This document shows positions 14,944-30,150 of a stretch of DNA of 64,000 nucleotides, piece after piece (position 1 is the first letter of the stretch; the number at the start of each line of letters is the position of its first letter). Below the pieces are notes generated by a model. It made no database searches and had not been told where the DNA came from. It saw only the letters and a program-made list of their open reading frames with translations. The DNA is from Eledone cirrhosa (taxonomy: Eukaryota). A program made the translations under genes and the position numbers. The stretch is taken from NCBI GenBank assembly GCA_964016885.1, contig OZ024742.1, forward strand, positions 286,688,001-286,752,000, in the 5' to 3' direction.

Positions 14944-15970
14944 TATACATACATAGATTTACATACATGCGCAAACATGCATAGACATATACATATACAC
15001 ACACACACTTATAGACAAACACATATACATACATAGATTTACATACATGCTCAAACACAGATAGACATATACATATATACACACACTTATAGACAAACAC
15101 ATATACATACATAGATTTACATACATGCTCAAACACAGATAGACATATACATATACACACACACTTATAGACAAACATATATACATACATAGATTTACAT
15201 ACATGCTCAAACACAGATAGACATATACATATACACACACACTTATAGACAAACACATATACATACATAGATTTACATACATGCTCAAACACAGATAGAC
15301 ATATACATATACACACACACTTATAGACAAACACATATACATACATAGATTTACATACATGCTCAAACACAGATAGACATATACATATACACACACACTT
15401 ATAGACAAACACATATACATACATAGATTTACATACATGCTCAAACACAGATAGACATATACATATACACACACACTTATAGACAAACACATATACATAC
15501 ATAGATTTACATACATGCCCAAACACAGATAGACATATACATATACACACACACTTATAGACAAACACATATACATACATAGATTTACATACATGCTCAA
15601 ACACAGATAGACATATACATATACACACACACTTATAGACAAACACATATACATACATAGATTTACATACATGCTCAAACACAGATAGACATATACATAT
15701 ACACACACACTTATAGACAAACACATATACATACATAGATTTACATACATGCTCAAACACAGATAGACATATACATATACACACACACTTATAGACAAAC
15801 ACATATACATACATAGATTTACATACATGCTCAAACACAGATAGACATATACATATACACACACACTTATAGACAAACACATATACATACATAGATTTAC
15901 ATACATGCTCAAACACAGATAGACATATACATATACACACACACTTATAGACAAACACATATACATACAT
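14944..15970. repeat. 78-bp minisatellite, ~13 near-identical copies
   Basis: Unit ATATACATACATAGATTTACATACATGCTCAAACACAGATAGAC...TTATAGACAAACAC, seen as 26-aa periodicity in the ORF track. Confidence 0.95.
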
Positions 15971-16136
15971 ACTTACAAGCAGGCATAGATACATATATGA
16001 TTGCATGCATAAGTACATAATTACATACATTGGTGCATATATGCATGCATGCATTTGCGCATATACTTACATGCGTATAATGCATATAAGTAGTTTGACA
16101 TATTTTATTTTAGCAGGCAAACGAGGAAAAATTATA

Positions 16137-16137
<1 letters not shown>

Positions 16138-16175
<38 letters not shown>

Positions 16176-16299
16176 TATATTATATATATATATGTATATG
16201 TGTATATATTTATACATACATATAAACGTATATGCATATACATAAAAATAAATATACATATATACATTTATATTATATTATATATATATGTATATATGA

Positions 16300-16385
<86 letters not shown>

Positions 16386-16571
16386 AATGTATATATATAT
16401 ATAAATGTATATGCATATATATAAAAAATATATATATATATACATATATTATATTATATATATATATATGTATATATATACATGTATATAAATGTATATA
16501 CATATATATATATATGTTTATATAAATATATAAAACAGATGTATGTATATATATATATAAAACATATATAG

Positions 16572-16662
<91 letters not shown>

Positions 16663-16910
16663 GTGGGTTAAGGAAAAAGAAGAATCTGTGAGAGGAAGAG
16701 TTGGAGGGTGAGAAATAATTTCACATTTGGCCCCATATAAGCAGTTGTAGATAATAAAGATAAGTAGAATTGGGAAGAGAGGCAGTATAGGAGAGAAATA
16801 TAGGTTATTGATCGATAACGAGGATCTTTCATTATCTCTCTCACATACACACATACACACTGTGTTTATACGCTCTAATATTTGAACGTATGAGGTTACA
16901 TATGTATTTG

Positions 16911-16953
<43 letters not shown>

Positions 16954-16993
16954 GCACGCGCGCACACTCACATACACACACAGACGCACACGC

Positions 16994-17025
<32 letters not shown>

Positions 17026-17113
17026 AATAATATATTTATAACATAAAATAGTTCTACATCATAGTTTTCATAGTTTTCATAGTTTTCACATGATATATAT
17101 GTATAATATCTAT

Positions 17114-17149
<36 letters not shown>

Positions 17150-17228
17150 AAATACTTATATAATATATTTATACAATATATATAACATATTTATATATTA
17201 TATATATATACATATATATATATATATA

Positions 17229-17261
<33 letters not shown>

Positions 17262-17264
17262 AAT

Positions 17265-17305
<41 letters not shown>

Positions 17306-17695
17306 CATATATAATACATTTATATAATATATATAATATCTAATATGTAATATAAAATATATTCATATAATGTATAATATATAATATAAAAATATATTTA
17401 TATAATATATAATATAAAATATATTTATATAATATATAATATAAAATATATTTATATAATATATAATATAAAATATATTTATATAATATATAATATAAAA
17501 TATATTTATATAATATATAATATAAAATATATTTATATAAAATATAATATATAATACAAAATATATTTATATAAAATATAATATATAATATAAAATATAT
17601 TTATATAAAATATAATATATAATTTTAAAAAATGTATATAATATATAATACATTATATAAAATACATTTATATAATATATATATAATATATAATA
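16138..17695. repeat. (TA)n-rich block including a ~27-bp AT-only minisatellite (~17385-17620)
   Basis: Repeated TAAAATATATTTATATAATATATAATA. Confidence 0.9.
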
Positions 17696-18280
17696 TTGTG
17701 TTAAACCTGTCGATAACTGTGCCGATGAAACCATATCAACATGCATTACTATTTCCCACTACTCCCACTACTTCTACTACTCCCGCTACTCCCACTACTC
17801 CCGCTACTCCCACTACTCCCACCAACCACTTTTCTTAAAGCGCTTTACACAGACATGCATTCACATACACATCAACAGACACAAAACCGACACACAGTTG
17901 CATGTGAATGCATGCAAATGCACACATGCATTTCTACACGATTGTGCACATGCGCACAGGAAAAGGAATATTCCTAATTCTTAGACATGCACCTGGAAAT
18001 TTCCACACATGCAAAGAAACTCCGTGTGTAGGCGTAGGCGTGTGTATCATAGAAGACTGTTGATGGAAAATTTCAATGCCATGATGGCGGTGTAGATAGG
18101 ATGGTGAGCACGAGACTAGCGTATATTGAAGAAAGAAGGACAGAGAAGATAATGAAATGTGGTGTATAGAAATCCCTCACAAATAATACATCATCATGAA
18201 GGATATATTAATATTAATATTGAGGGGGAAAATGGAAGTGTTAGAACTGTTGTTGGCCTGTTGGTATATATATATGTGTA

Positions 18281-18312
<32 letters not shown>

Positions 18313-18362
18313 TATATATATGTATATAGAGAGAGAGAGAGAAAGAGAGTGTGGGTGTGTGT

Positions 18363-18424
<62 letters not shown>

Positions 18425-18437
18425 GCGTGTGTGTGTA

Positions 18438-18530
<93 letters not shown>

Positions 18531-18549
18531 TGTGTGTGTGTGTGTGTGT

Positions 18550-18636
18550 GAATGAAAGATAATAGAAGCGTGTAGGCGTTTAAATGTCTTGAAGATACTG
18601 TGTGGGTTTTATTGAACCTATCTTGCTTTGTTATAC

Positions 18637-18702
<66 letters not shown>

Positions 18703-18750
18703 AATATGGGGAAAAGGATACTGCATGGTTGCACATATATACATATATAA

Positions 18751-18787
<37 letters not shown>

Positions 18788-18867
18788 CGTGTGTCACAAA
18801 GCAAAAGAGGTTCAATAAAACCCACACAGTATCTTCAAGACATTTAAACGCTTACACGCTTCTATTA

Positions 18868-18877
<10 letters not shown>
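18550..18877. repeat. Inverted repeat (~85-bp unique arms) embedded in mirrored microsatellites
   Basis: 18550-18635 is the reverse complement of ~18792-18877. The outer (GA)n and (TC)n tracts also mirror each other. Confidence 0.9.
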
Positions 18878-18948
<71 letters not shown>

Positions 18949-19026
18949 ATATATATATATATGTGTTTGTGTGTATATATATACATGTGTGTGTGTATAC
19001 ATATATATATATATATATGTATATAC

Positions 19027-19100
<74 letters not shown>

Positions 19101-19120
19101 GTATATATATATATACACAT

Positions 19121-19727
19121 GGTGGCTGCCAACTCGTTTTCGAGTACGGCCACTATTTTATATCCATGTAGGAGAACCCCTACCGATGCGCTGAACGAGT
19201 GTGACTTTTTAGTCCAGCCAGCGACTTGAAAACTCTGGTACAAACACTACACTTGTGACAAATATTGACACATAGTGCTGGGCCCATGGTACCATGTGAG
19301 GACAAGTGCAGAGAGATCTCCAGATATAAAGCAATGCCTGTGCCGTGAAGCTTTTATAGTGAGCAAAGGCACTGCACAAAGCCAGTCCCACTCTCTTAAC
19401 CAAGATGATATTTACCAAAAAGAAGAACAAGTCAACATCATTGGATACCATCAGGGTTGCAGGTGTTATATCAGAGTTTTCCTTCTCCTAGAATTCTGCC
19501 TTGACAAAGGCTAAGGGGTCATCTCTCCCAGTGATTTTGGATGGCCATTGACACTTAAGAGCTCCTTTGGCCTTTGACAGGTTTTGTTTTTAGTCCTGCG
19601 GGATGTCCAAAGTCACCCTCCTCTCCAAGAAACCTTGGTGGGGTTGCCAGTTTAGTCGCCAACGACCCGACCATGAGACAGGTTGTACTGGGATACATGT
19701 TACCAGTAGCACCAACTGATGACCTGA

Positions 19728-19729
<2 letters not shown>
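19121..19729 (-). mobile_element. ~610-bp non-autonomous element, probably RTE-LINE derived (copy 1)
   Basis: Near-identical to 20274-20883 and 47160-47768. Contains CTAGGAGAAGGAAAACTCTGA, which I recall from RTE 5' UTRs. Confidence 0.7.
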
Positions 19730-19758
<29 letters not shown>

Positions 19759-19784
19759 CTGTCTGTGTGTGTATAATATAGAAG

Positions 19785-19835
19785 AGCTTCTACAGGACTA
19801 GAACTGTTTCATTCGTGAGAAATCATCAGGAAGCT
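19785..19835 (-). ncRNA. Type I hammerhead ribozyme
   Basis: Exact reverse complement of 21202-21252. Confidence 0.85.
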
Positions 19836-19888
19836 GATATATATATAATTATGTATATATATATATACATACATATATATACATATAT

Positions 19889-19976
<88 letters not shown>

Positions 19977-20001
19977 GTATATATACATATGTATATATAT
20001 G

Positions 20002-20057
<56 letters not shown>

Positions 20058-20183
20058 GGAAAAATTTGAACAGGAACAAAACAGAGAGGCAGTACAACGA
20101 ATGTTTATTAATTTCACGCTCATATATATATATATGTGTGTGTATATATATATATATATATGTATATACATATATATATATAT

Positions 20184-20273
<90 letters not shown>

Positions 20274-20275
<2 letters not shown>

Positions 20276-20879
20276 TGGCTGCCAACTCGTTTTCGAGTAC
20301 GGCCACTACTTTATATCCATGTAGGAGAACTCCTACCGATGCGCTGAACGAGTGTGACTTTTTAGTCCCGACAGCGACTTGAAAACTCTGGTACAAACAC
20401 TACACTTGTGACAAATATTGACACATAGTGCTGGGCCCATGATACCATGTGATGACAAGTGCATAGAGATCTCCAGATATAAAAAAAATGCCTGTGCCGT
20501 GAAGCTTTTATAGTGAGCAAAGGCACTGCACAAAGCCAGTCCCACTCTCTTCACCAAGATGATATTTACCAAAAAGAAGAACCAGTCAACATCATTGGAT
20601 ACCATCAGAGTTGCAGGTGTTATATCAGAGTTTTCCTTCTCCTAGAATTCTGCCTTGACAAAGGCTAAGGGGTCATCTCTCCCGGTGATTTTGGATGGCC
20701 ATTGACTCTTAAGAGCTCCTTTGCCCTTTGACAGGTTTTGTTTTTAGTCCTGCAGGATGTCCAAAGTCACCCTCCTCACCAAGAAACCTTGGTGGGGTTG
20801 CCAGTTTAGTCGCCAACGACCCGACCATGAGACAGGTTGTACTGGGATACATGTTACCAGTAGCACCAACTGGTGACCT

Positions 20880-20883
<4 letters not shown>
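20274..20883 (-). mobile_element. ~610-bp non-autonomous element (copy 2)
   Basis: Direct repeat of 19121-19729, flanked by (TA)n. Confidence 0.75.
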
Positions 20884-20941
<58 letters not shown>

Positions 20942-20942
20942 T

Positions 20943-20997
<55 letters not shown>

Positions 20998-20998
20998 T

Positions 20999-21061
<63 letters not shown>

Positions 21062-21062
21062 T

Positions 21063-21152
<90 letters not shown>

Positions 21153-21201
21153 GTATATATATGTATGTATATATATATATATATACATAATTATATATAT
21201 C

Positions 21202-21252
21202 AGCTTCCTGATGATTTCTCACGAATGAAACAGTTCTAGTCCTGTAGAAGCT
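21202..21252 (+). ncRNA. Type I hammerhead ribozyme
   Basis: AGCTTC-CTGATGA-T TTC TCAC GAA T-GAAACAG TTCTAGTC CTGTA-GAAGCT: canonical core, three helices, GUA site. Confidence 0.85.
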
Positions 21253-21261
21253 CTTCTATAT

Positions 21262-21317
<56 letters not shown>

Positions 21318-22134
21318 AAGAGTCGTCACACGTCTAATAGAATCACTTTAACAGTCACGGTGATTAGTTTATTAAATCGAAAGACTTCAAGTCGATGTTT
21401 GGCCTCTATTTCCGCTGCAGACGATATTAAGCTACAACTACAACAACAACAACAATGTTGCAGACAAGACAACAACAACAACAACAACAATATGAACAAC
21501 ACAGACAAACTAAGACGTAACAATGTTATTGTATTGCATTAGTTGGCTTAACTATTCCCTTATATTATTGATTTTGTATCGGACTAGGAATGTTAATACA
21601 CACATATATATATACACAGGCAGACGACACCCATTTAGGTTTAGAGTGAATATGTGTGTGTGTGTCGGTGTCAGTGTCGGTGTGTGTGGTGGTGTGTGTG
21701 TGTGTCGATATCGGTGTGTTTGTGTGTCGGTATGTATATATGTGTGTGTCGGCGTGTGTTTGTGTGATGGTGTGTGTGTGTGTACGTCGATGTTGGTGTG
21801 TATGTGTGTGTATCGGTGTATATATAAGTGTTAATGTACTCGTTTTGAAACGACCAGACCCACAGCTTAAGGGAAAGAACCCAATACATGATGTAGAATA
21901 GATAGATTTACATTTATTAAATTGGTTATTCTTATATGACTAACCCTCTTTCCTTCTCTGAGAATTCAGTTTCTTTGTGGAATGCACAAGGGAAGGGTGA
22001 AGGGTTACACAATATTGAGTCCCGGATGCACGACGGCTTGAACAAACCGTGAGACAACATAACTTAAGGAACAAGAAAGCAGCGGAGTGTCTTTCGACTA
22101 GGACAGGAAAGCGAGTACATAATCAAAAAAATAA

Positions 22135-22325
22135 TGATTTCTAGTATAGGCACAAGGCCAGTAATTTGGGGGGAAGGGAAAATCAAATCGACCCCCCAGT
22201 ACGTTACTGATGCTTTATTTTATCAACTCTGTTAGAGGGGATTTGAACTCAGACCGTAAAGGATCGTAACTCTATGCTGCAAAGCATGGTGTTCGACTCT
22301 ACCGATACTGCCAATCCACCGCACT
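22135..22325 (-). mobile_element. SINE copy (internally deleted)
   Basis: Same motifs as the 13765-13972 copy. Confidence 0.75.
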
Positions 22326-22799
22326 AATAAAAAGTAATCAAAAAAATAATAATAGGTTTCAGCACAAGCTACCTACCGTACAGGCAAGATGTAGAAATGG
22401 CAAGACAGGAAAGAGGGTAATATTGATATTATTCGAAATATTGATATTAATCGAAATATTGATTTTAATCGAAAAACAAGTGTAGAGAATACCAGACAGA
22501 CAGTTTGTCTCTTTCGAAGCCAAGCAATGAAAGAAAAAAAGGGTCGTAAATTGGGGACTAGTAGCTAAACATGCCTCAAAAAGCGGAGGAGAGAGAATAG
22601 AACATATACGCTTGATATATTTGGAAACGACTCTTAACTATTCGATGCTATTCTTTTATCGGAAAGTAGAAAAAGAGAGAATGTTTGGGAAAGAGAAGGA
22701 AATGGTAATCAGAGGAAGGTAAAAAATAGAAAACAAAGAAAAGTGTAGACACGAGAGAGAGAATGTGTGTTGTTAGTCAGTACATATATATATAAATAA

Positions 22800-23400
22800 T
22801 GTGTCAGGCGCAAGGACAAATTATAATGTGTCCTTGCGCCTGACACATACAACACTTCATCCACCGCATACAGTTCTCTGGCTACAATCAGAGAGACAAG
22901 ATCAGGCTATATAAAGGAGCCAGAACCAAATGAGCAAGGATTGTAGAAAATGATTCAAATGGGACTTGGCCCATCTATAGGAGCAAATTTGGGAACAGAA
23001 TAGAAAGGGTTAGGAATAAGACAAATATAGCAATAAATACCAGAGTGCAATGTTCGTCAATACAACCCCTAGAGGCGAACTAGCTTACCGATTTAGAAGG
23101 GCCCTAGACAAGCTCAAATTAGATATTAAGATAGTTGAAAACCATAATTAGTAAAACATACCCATTTCAAAGAACCTCCTGCACTGATAGAAAATGCATA
23201 TTCTGCAACATAAGCCCGCAAACTAACTGCAAAACTAGGAATGTTGTATATAGCATAAGATGTACTGAAGGACAGTAAGGAATAAGAACATAACATACAT
23301 AGGTGAAACAACCCGTATCATAGGAGGAAGGATAAGTGAACACTGGCGAGAACTCCAGGATGGGAAAACCTCATCAGTACTTCACCAACATGCCAAACCA
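22800..23400 (+). mobile_element. Degenerate PLE fragment (RT thumb to GIY-YIG) with 19-bp-arm hairpin at its 5' junction
   Basis: Homologous to ~49450-49995 (QFSGYNQRD, NCKTRNVVYSIRC, TYIGET). Hairpin TGTGTCAGGCGCAAGGACA/TGTCCTTGCGCCTGACACA at 22800-22847. Confidence 0.85.
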
Positions 23401-23780
23401 ATCAACCAACCAACTGGAAAATTTATAATAAATTGAAGGGAAAACCAACAGGTGCGTGTGTTTTTATTGGCAGCATGACCCTCCCAAAGTATAACCATAT
23501 ATATATTTATATAGTTTGTAAAACCCGAATTGAATCGGGCGTAACCACACTTAACAAGGTACTCAATATATTAGTACAGTTTAGTCGAGTTCTAGTCTTG
23601 TAGAAGGCCTTTTTATGTTAAATATGGCGCCACGACCAGGATTTTACATATCTATATCTATCTATCTACCTATCTATCTGTCTGTCTGTCTATTTGTCTG
23701 TCTATTTGTCTGTCTGTCTGTCTGTCTATCTGTCCGTATGTCTATTTGTCTGTCTGTCTGTCTGTATGTCTGTCTGTTTA

Positions 23781-23861
<81 letters not shown>

Positions 23862-23918
23862 TGATTTAAAATTGCACTATCCACAAGTGTTTTTTAGCCT
23901 TCATATCATGTTCTCCTG

Positions 23919-23985
23919 TTTTATCTGATGAAAACACAAATATTATTGCATGATGATGTTTGTTTTTGAAATGCGCATAATAAAA
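23919..23985 (+). ncRNA. Type I hammerhead ribozyme
   Basis: TTTTAT-CTGATGA-long AT-rich stem II-GAAAT GCGC ATA-ATAAAA. Palindromic loop 3, with (TA)n ~40 nt downstream. Confidence 0.8.
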
Positions 23986-24017
23986 TACATGGAACTCCTT
24001 TAACCATCTTTTGATCT

Positions 24018-24109
<92 letters not shown>

Positions 24110-24399
24110 TAGACATAGGTGCAATTCAATTCAAGCACTCAGAGAAAGAGAGAAAGAACGAAGGGCACTTAGAAGTGGCAGCATGTCTTCCAAAGCCACT
24201 TCTCCATCCAAGAGAGGGTCAGGTGGAGTTGTGTAATATCGATCTGTATCTGGTTGTGTTCAGTAATATATTGATGATTAATTAGTTAATTATTATGTGG
24301 TGATGATGATGGTGTATTGGTAATGGCATGAGAGGTGGTGGGGGCCTAGTGGTAGTGGCAGGGGGGTATTGATGTTGTAGTGGTTGTGGCGGGGAAGTT

Positions 24400-24565
24400 G
24401 GTGATGATGTGGTGGTGGTGGTGGTAGTAGTGGTGGTGGTCGTAGTGGTGGTGGTCGTAGTGGTGGTGGTAGTTGTAGTGGTGGTGGTAGTCGCAGTGGT
24501 GGTGGTGGTGGTAGTGGTGGTGGTGGTGGTAGTAGTAGTAGTAGTTGTAGTAGTAGTAGTAGTAA

Positions 24566-24618
<53 letters not shown>

Positions 24619-24840
24619 ATATTAGTAGTGGTAGTAGTGGTAGTAGTAGTAGTGGTGGCTGTTGTAAGTGGTGGTTGCGGTCTATAATAGAAGTAGTAGT
24701 AGTAGTTGTGGTAGTAGTAGTAGAGGTAGTAGTAGTAGTAGTGGTGGTGGTAGGAGTGGTAGTAGTAGTGGTAGTAGTAGTGGTAGTGGTAGTAGTAGTA
24801 GTGGTGGTGGTGGCTGTTGTAAGGGGTGGTTGTGGTTCTA

Positions 24841-24880
<40 letters not shown>

Positions 24881-24911
24881 GGTGGTGGTGGTGGTGGTGG
24901 TGGTGGTGGTG

Positions 24912-24971
<60 letters not shown>

Positions 24972-25085
24972 ATGGCGTTAGGAACGGTAGTAGTAGAAGT
25001 ATGAATAGTAATAGCAGTAGTGGTAATAGTAATAGCAGTAGTAACAGCAGCAATACCACTAGCGGAAGTAGAAGTAGTAGTAGTT
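24400..25085. repeat. (GTA/GTG)n microsatellite
   Basis: Direct reading. Confidence 0.95.
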
Positions 25086-25161
25086 AGTGCTACTTCCGCT
25101 GCTGCTGCTGCTGTGATGCCGGTAAACTCCTCACTAGTAATAGATACAGCTGTGGTAGAAA

Positions 25162-28100
25162 TATCATCGCTAACATCACTGTCATCATTATCATCGTCAT
25201 TATCATCGCTAACATCACTGTCTTCATTATCATCGTCATTATCATCGTTAACATCACTGTCATCATTATCATCGTCATTATCATCGTTAACATCACTGTC
25301 ATCATTATCATCGTCATTATCATCGCTAACATCACTGTCATCATCATCATCGTCATTATCATCGCTAACATCGCTGTCATCATCATCATCGTCATTATCA
25401 TCGATAACATCACTGTCATCATTATCATCGTCATTATCATCGTTAACATCACTGTCATCATTATCATCGTCATTATCATCGCTAACATCACTGTCTTCAT
25501 TATCATCGTCATTATCATCGCTAACATCACTGTCTTCATTATCATCGTCATTATCATCGCTAACATCACTGTCTTCATTATCATCGTCATTATCATCGCT
25601 AACATCACTGTCTTCATTATCATCGTCATTATCATCGTTAACATCACTGTCATCATTATCATCGTCATTATCATCGCTAACATCACTGTCATCATTATCA
25701 TCGTCATTATCATCGCTAACATCACTGTCTTCATTATCATCGTCATTATCATCGTTAACATCACTGTCATCATTATCATCGTCATTATCATCACTAACAT
25801 CACTGTCTTCATTATCATTGTCATTATCATCGCTAACATCACTGTCTTCATTATCATCGTCATTATCATCGTTAACATCACTGTCATCATTATCATCGTC
25901 ATTATCATCACTAACATCACTGCCATCATTATCATCGTCATTATCATCACTAACATCACTGTCATCATTATCATCGTTAATATCATCGCTAACATCACTG
26001 TCTTCATTATCATCGTCATTATCATCGCTAACATCACTGTCATCATTATCATCGTCATTATCATCGCTAACATCACTGTCATCATTATCATCGTCGTTAT
26101 CATCGCTAACATCACTGTCTTCATTATCATCGTCATTATCATCGCTAACATCACTGTCATCATCATCATCGTCATTATCATCGCTAACATCGCTGTCATC
26201 ATCATCATCGTCATTATCATCGATAACATCACTGTCATCATTATCATCGTCATTATCATCACTAACATCGCTGTCATCATTGTCATCATCATTATCATCA
26301 ATAACATCAGTGTCATCATTATCATCGCTAACATCAGTGTCATCATTATCATCGTCATTATCATCACTAACATCGCTGTCATCATTATCATCGTCATTAT
26401 CATCGCTAACATCACTGTCATCATTATTATCATCATTATCATCAATAACATCACTGTCATCATTATCATCGTCATTATCATCGCTAACATCACTGTCATC
26501 ATTGTCATCATCATTATCATCAATAACATCAGTGTCATCATTATCATCGCTAACATCACTGTCATCATATCATCGTCATTATCATCACAAACATCGCTGT
26601 CATCATTATCATCGTCATTATCATCGATAACATCACTTTCATCATTATCATCGTCATTATCATCACAAACATCGCTGTCATCATTATCATCGTCATTATC
26701 ATCGCTAACATCACTTTCATCATTATCATCATCATTATCATCACAAACATCGCTGTCATCATTATCATCGTCATTATCATCGCTAACATCACTGTCATCA
26801 TTATCATCGTCATTATCATCGCTAACATCACTGTCATCATTATCATCGTCATTATCATCACAAACATCGCTGTCATCATTATCATCGTCATTATCATCGA
26901 TAACATCACTTTCATCATTATCATCGTCATTATCATCACAAACATCGCTGTCATCATTATCATCGTCATTATCATCGCTAACGTCACTGTCATCATTATC
27001 ATCGTCGTTATCATCACTAACATCACTGTCATCATCATCATCGTCATTATCATCACTAACATCACTGTCATCATTATCATCGTCATTATCATCGCTAACA
27101 TCACTGTCATCATTATCATCGTCATTATCATCACAAACATCGCTGTCATCATTATCATCGTCATTATCATCAATAACATCACTGTCATCATCATCATCGT
27201 CATTATCATCACAAACATCGCTGTCATCATTATCACCGCTAACATCACTGTCATCATTATCATCGTCATTATCATCACAAACATCGCTGTCATCATTATC
27301 ATCGTCATTATCATCGCTAACGTCACTGTCATCATTATCATCGTCATTATCATCGCTAACATCACTGTCATCATTATCATCGTCGTTATCATCGCTAACA
27401 TCACTGCCATCATTATCATCGTCATTATCATCGCTAACATCACTGTCATCATTATCATCGTCATTATCATCGCTAACATCACTATCATCATTATCATCGT
27501 CATTATCATCACTAACATCACTGTCATCATTATCATCGTAATTATCATCACTAACATCACTGTCATCATTATCATCGTTAATATCATCGCTAACATCGCT
27601 GTCATCATTATCATCGCTAACATCACTGCCATCATTATCATCGTCATTATCATCGCTAACATCACTGCCATCATTATCATCGTCATTATCATCGCTAACA
27701 TCACTGTCATCATTATCATCGTCATTATCATCGCTAACATCACTGTCATCATTATCATCATCATTATCATCGCTAACATCACTGCCATCATTATCATCGT
27801 CATTATCATCGCTAACATCACTGTCATCATTATCATCGTCATTATCATCGCTAACATCACTGTCATCATTATCATCGTCATTATCATCGCTAACATCACT
27901 GCCATCATTATCATCGTTAATATCATCGCTAACATCACTGTCATCATTATCATCGTCATTATCATCGCTAACATCACTGTCATCATTATCATCGTCATTA
28001 TCATCGCTAACATCACTGCCATCATTATCATCGTTAATATCATCGCTAACATCACTGTCTTCATTATCATCGTCATTATCATCGCTAACATCACTGTCAT

Positions 28101-30150
28101 CATTATCATCGTCATTATCATCACTAACATCACTGTCATCATTATCATCGTCATTATCATCGCTAACATCACTGCCATCATTATCATCGTCATTATCATC
28201 GCTAACATCACTGTCATCATTATCATCGTCATTATCATCGCTAACATCACTGCCATCATTATCATCGTCATTATCATCGCTAACATCGCTGTCATCATTA
28301 TCATCGTCATTATCATCACTAACATCACTGTCATCATTATCATCGTTAATATCATCGCTAACATCACTGTCATCATTATCATCGTCATTATCATCGCTAA
28401 CATCACTGCCATCATTATCATCGTCATTATTATCGCTAACATCACTGTCATCATTATCATCGTCATTATCATCGCTAACATCGCTGTCATCATTATCATC
28501 GTCATTATCATCGCTAACATCACTGCCATCATTATCATCGTTAATATCATCGCTAACATCACTGTCATCATTATCATCGTCATTATCATCGCTAACATCA
28601 CTGCCATCATTATCATCGTCATTATCATCGCTAACATCGCTGTCATCATTATCATCGTCATTATCATCGCTAACATCACTGCCATCATTATCATCGTTAA
28701 TATCATCGCTAACATCACTGTCATCATTATCATCGTCATTATCATCGCTAACATCGCTGTCATCATTATCATCGTCATTATCATCGCTAACATCACTGTC
28801 ATCATTATCATCGTCATTATCATCGCTAACATCGCTGTCATCATTATCATCGTCATTATCATCGCTAACATCACTGTCATCATTATCATCGTCATTATCA
28901 TCGCTAACATCACTGTCATCATTATCATCGTCATTATCATCGCTAACATCGCTGTCATCATTATCATCGTCATTATCATCGCTAACATCACTGCCATCAT
29001 TATCATCGTTAATATCATCGCTAACATCACTGTCATCATTATCATCGTCATTATCATCGCTAACATCGCTGTCATCATTATCATCGTCATTATCATCGCT
29101 AACATCACTGTCATCATTATCATCGTCATTATCATCGCTAACATCACTGTCATCATTATCATCGTCATTATCATCGCTAACATCGCTGTCATCATTATCA
29201 TCGTCATTATCATCGCTAACATCACTGCCATCATTATCATCGTCATTATCATCGCTAACATCGCTGTCATCATTATCATCGTCATTATCATCGCTAACAT
29301 CACTGCTATCATTATCATCGTCATTATCATCGCTAACATCGCTGTCATCATTATCATCGTCATTATCATCGCTAACATCACTGCCATCATTATCATCGTT
29401 AATATCATCGCTAACATCACTGTCTTCATTATCATCGTCATTATCATCGCTAATATCACTGTCATCATTATCATCGTCATTATCATCGCTAACATCACTG
29501 TTATCATTATCATCGTCATTATCATCGCTAACATCACTGTCATCATTATCATCGTCGTTATCATCGCTAACATCACTGTCATCATTATCATCGTCATTAT
29601 CATCGCTAACATCACTGTCATCATTATCATCGTCATTATCATCGCTAACATCGCTGTCATCATTATCATCGTCATTATCATCGCTAACATCACTGCCATC
29701 ATTATCATCGTCATTATCATCGCTAACATCGCTGTCATCATTATCATCGTCATTATCATCGCTAACATCACTGCTATCATTATCATCGTCATTATCATCG
29801 CTAACATCGCTGTCATCATTATCATCGTCATTATCATCGCTAACATCACTGCCATCATTATCATCGTTAATATCATCGCTAACATCACTGTCTTCATTAT
29901 CATCGTCATTATCATCGCTAATATCACTGTCATCATTATCATCGTCATTATCATCGCTAACATCACTGTTATCATTATCATCGTCATTATCATCGCTAAC
30001 ATCACTGTCATCATTATCATCGTCGTTATCATCGCTAACATCACTGTCATCATTATCATCGTCATTATCATCGCTAACATCGCTGTCATCATTATCATCG
30101 TCGTTATCATCACTAACATCACTGTCATCATTATCATCGTCATTATCATC
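25162..30150. repeat. 39-bp satellite, ~5 kb
   Basis: Unit ATCATCGCTAACATCACTGTCATCATTATCATCGTCATT, giving 13-codon periodicity in the ORF track. Confidence 0.97.

Noticed and set aside
14933-16054. Cys/His periodic ORF resembling zinc fingers; CRISPR-like regularity
   Set aside because: 78-bp head-to-tail minisatellite with no C2H2 spacing and no unique spacers.
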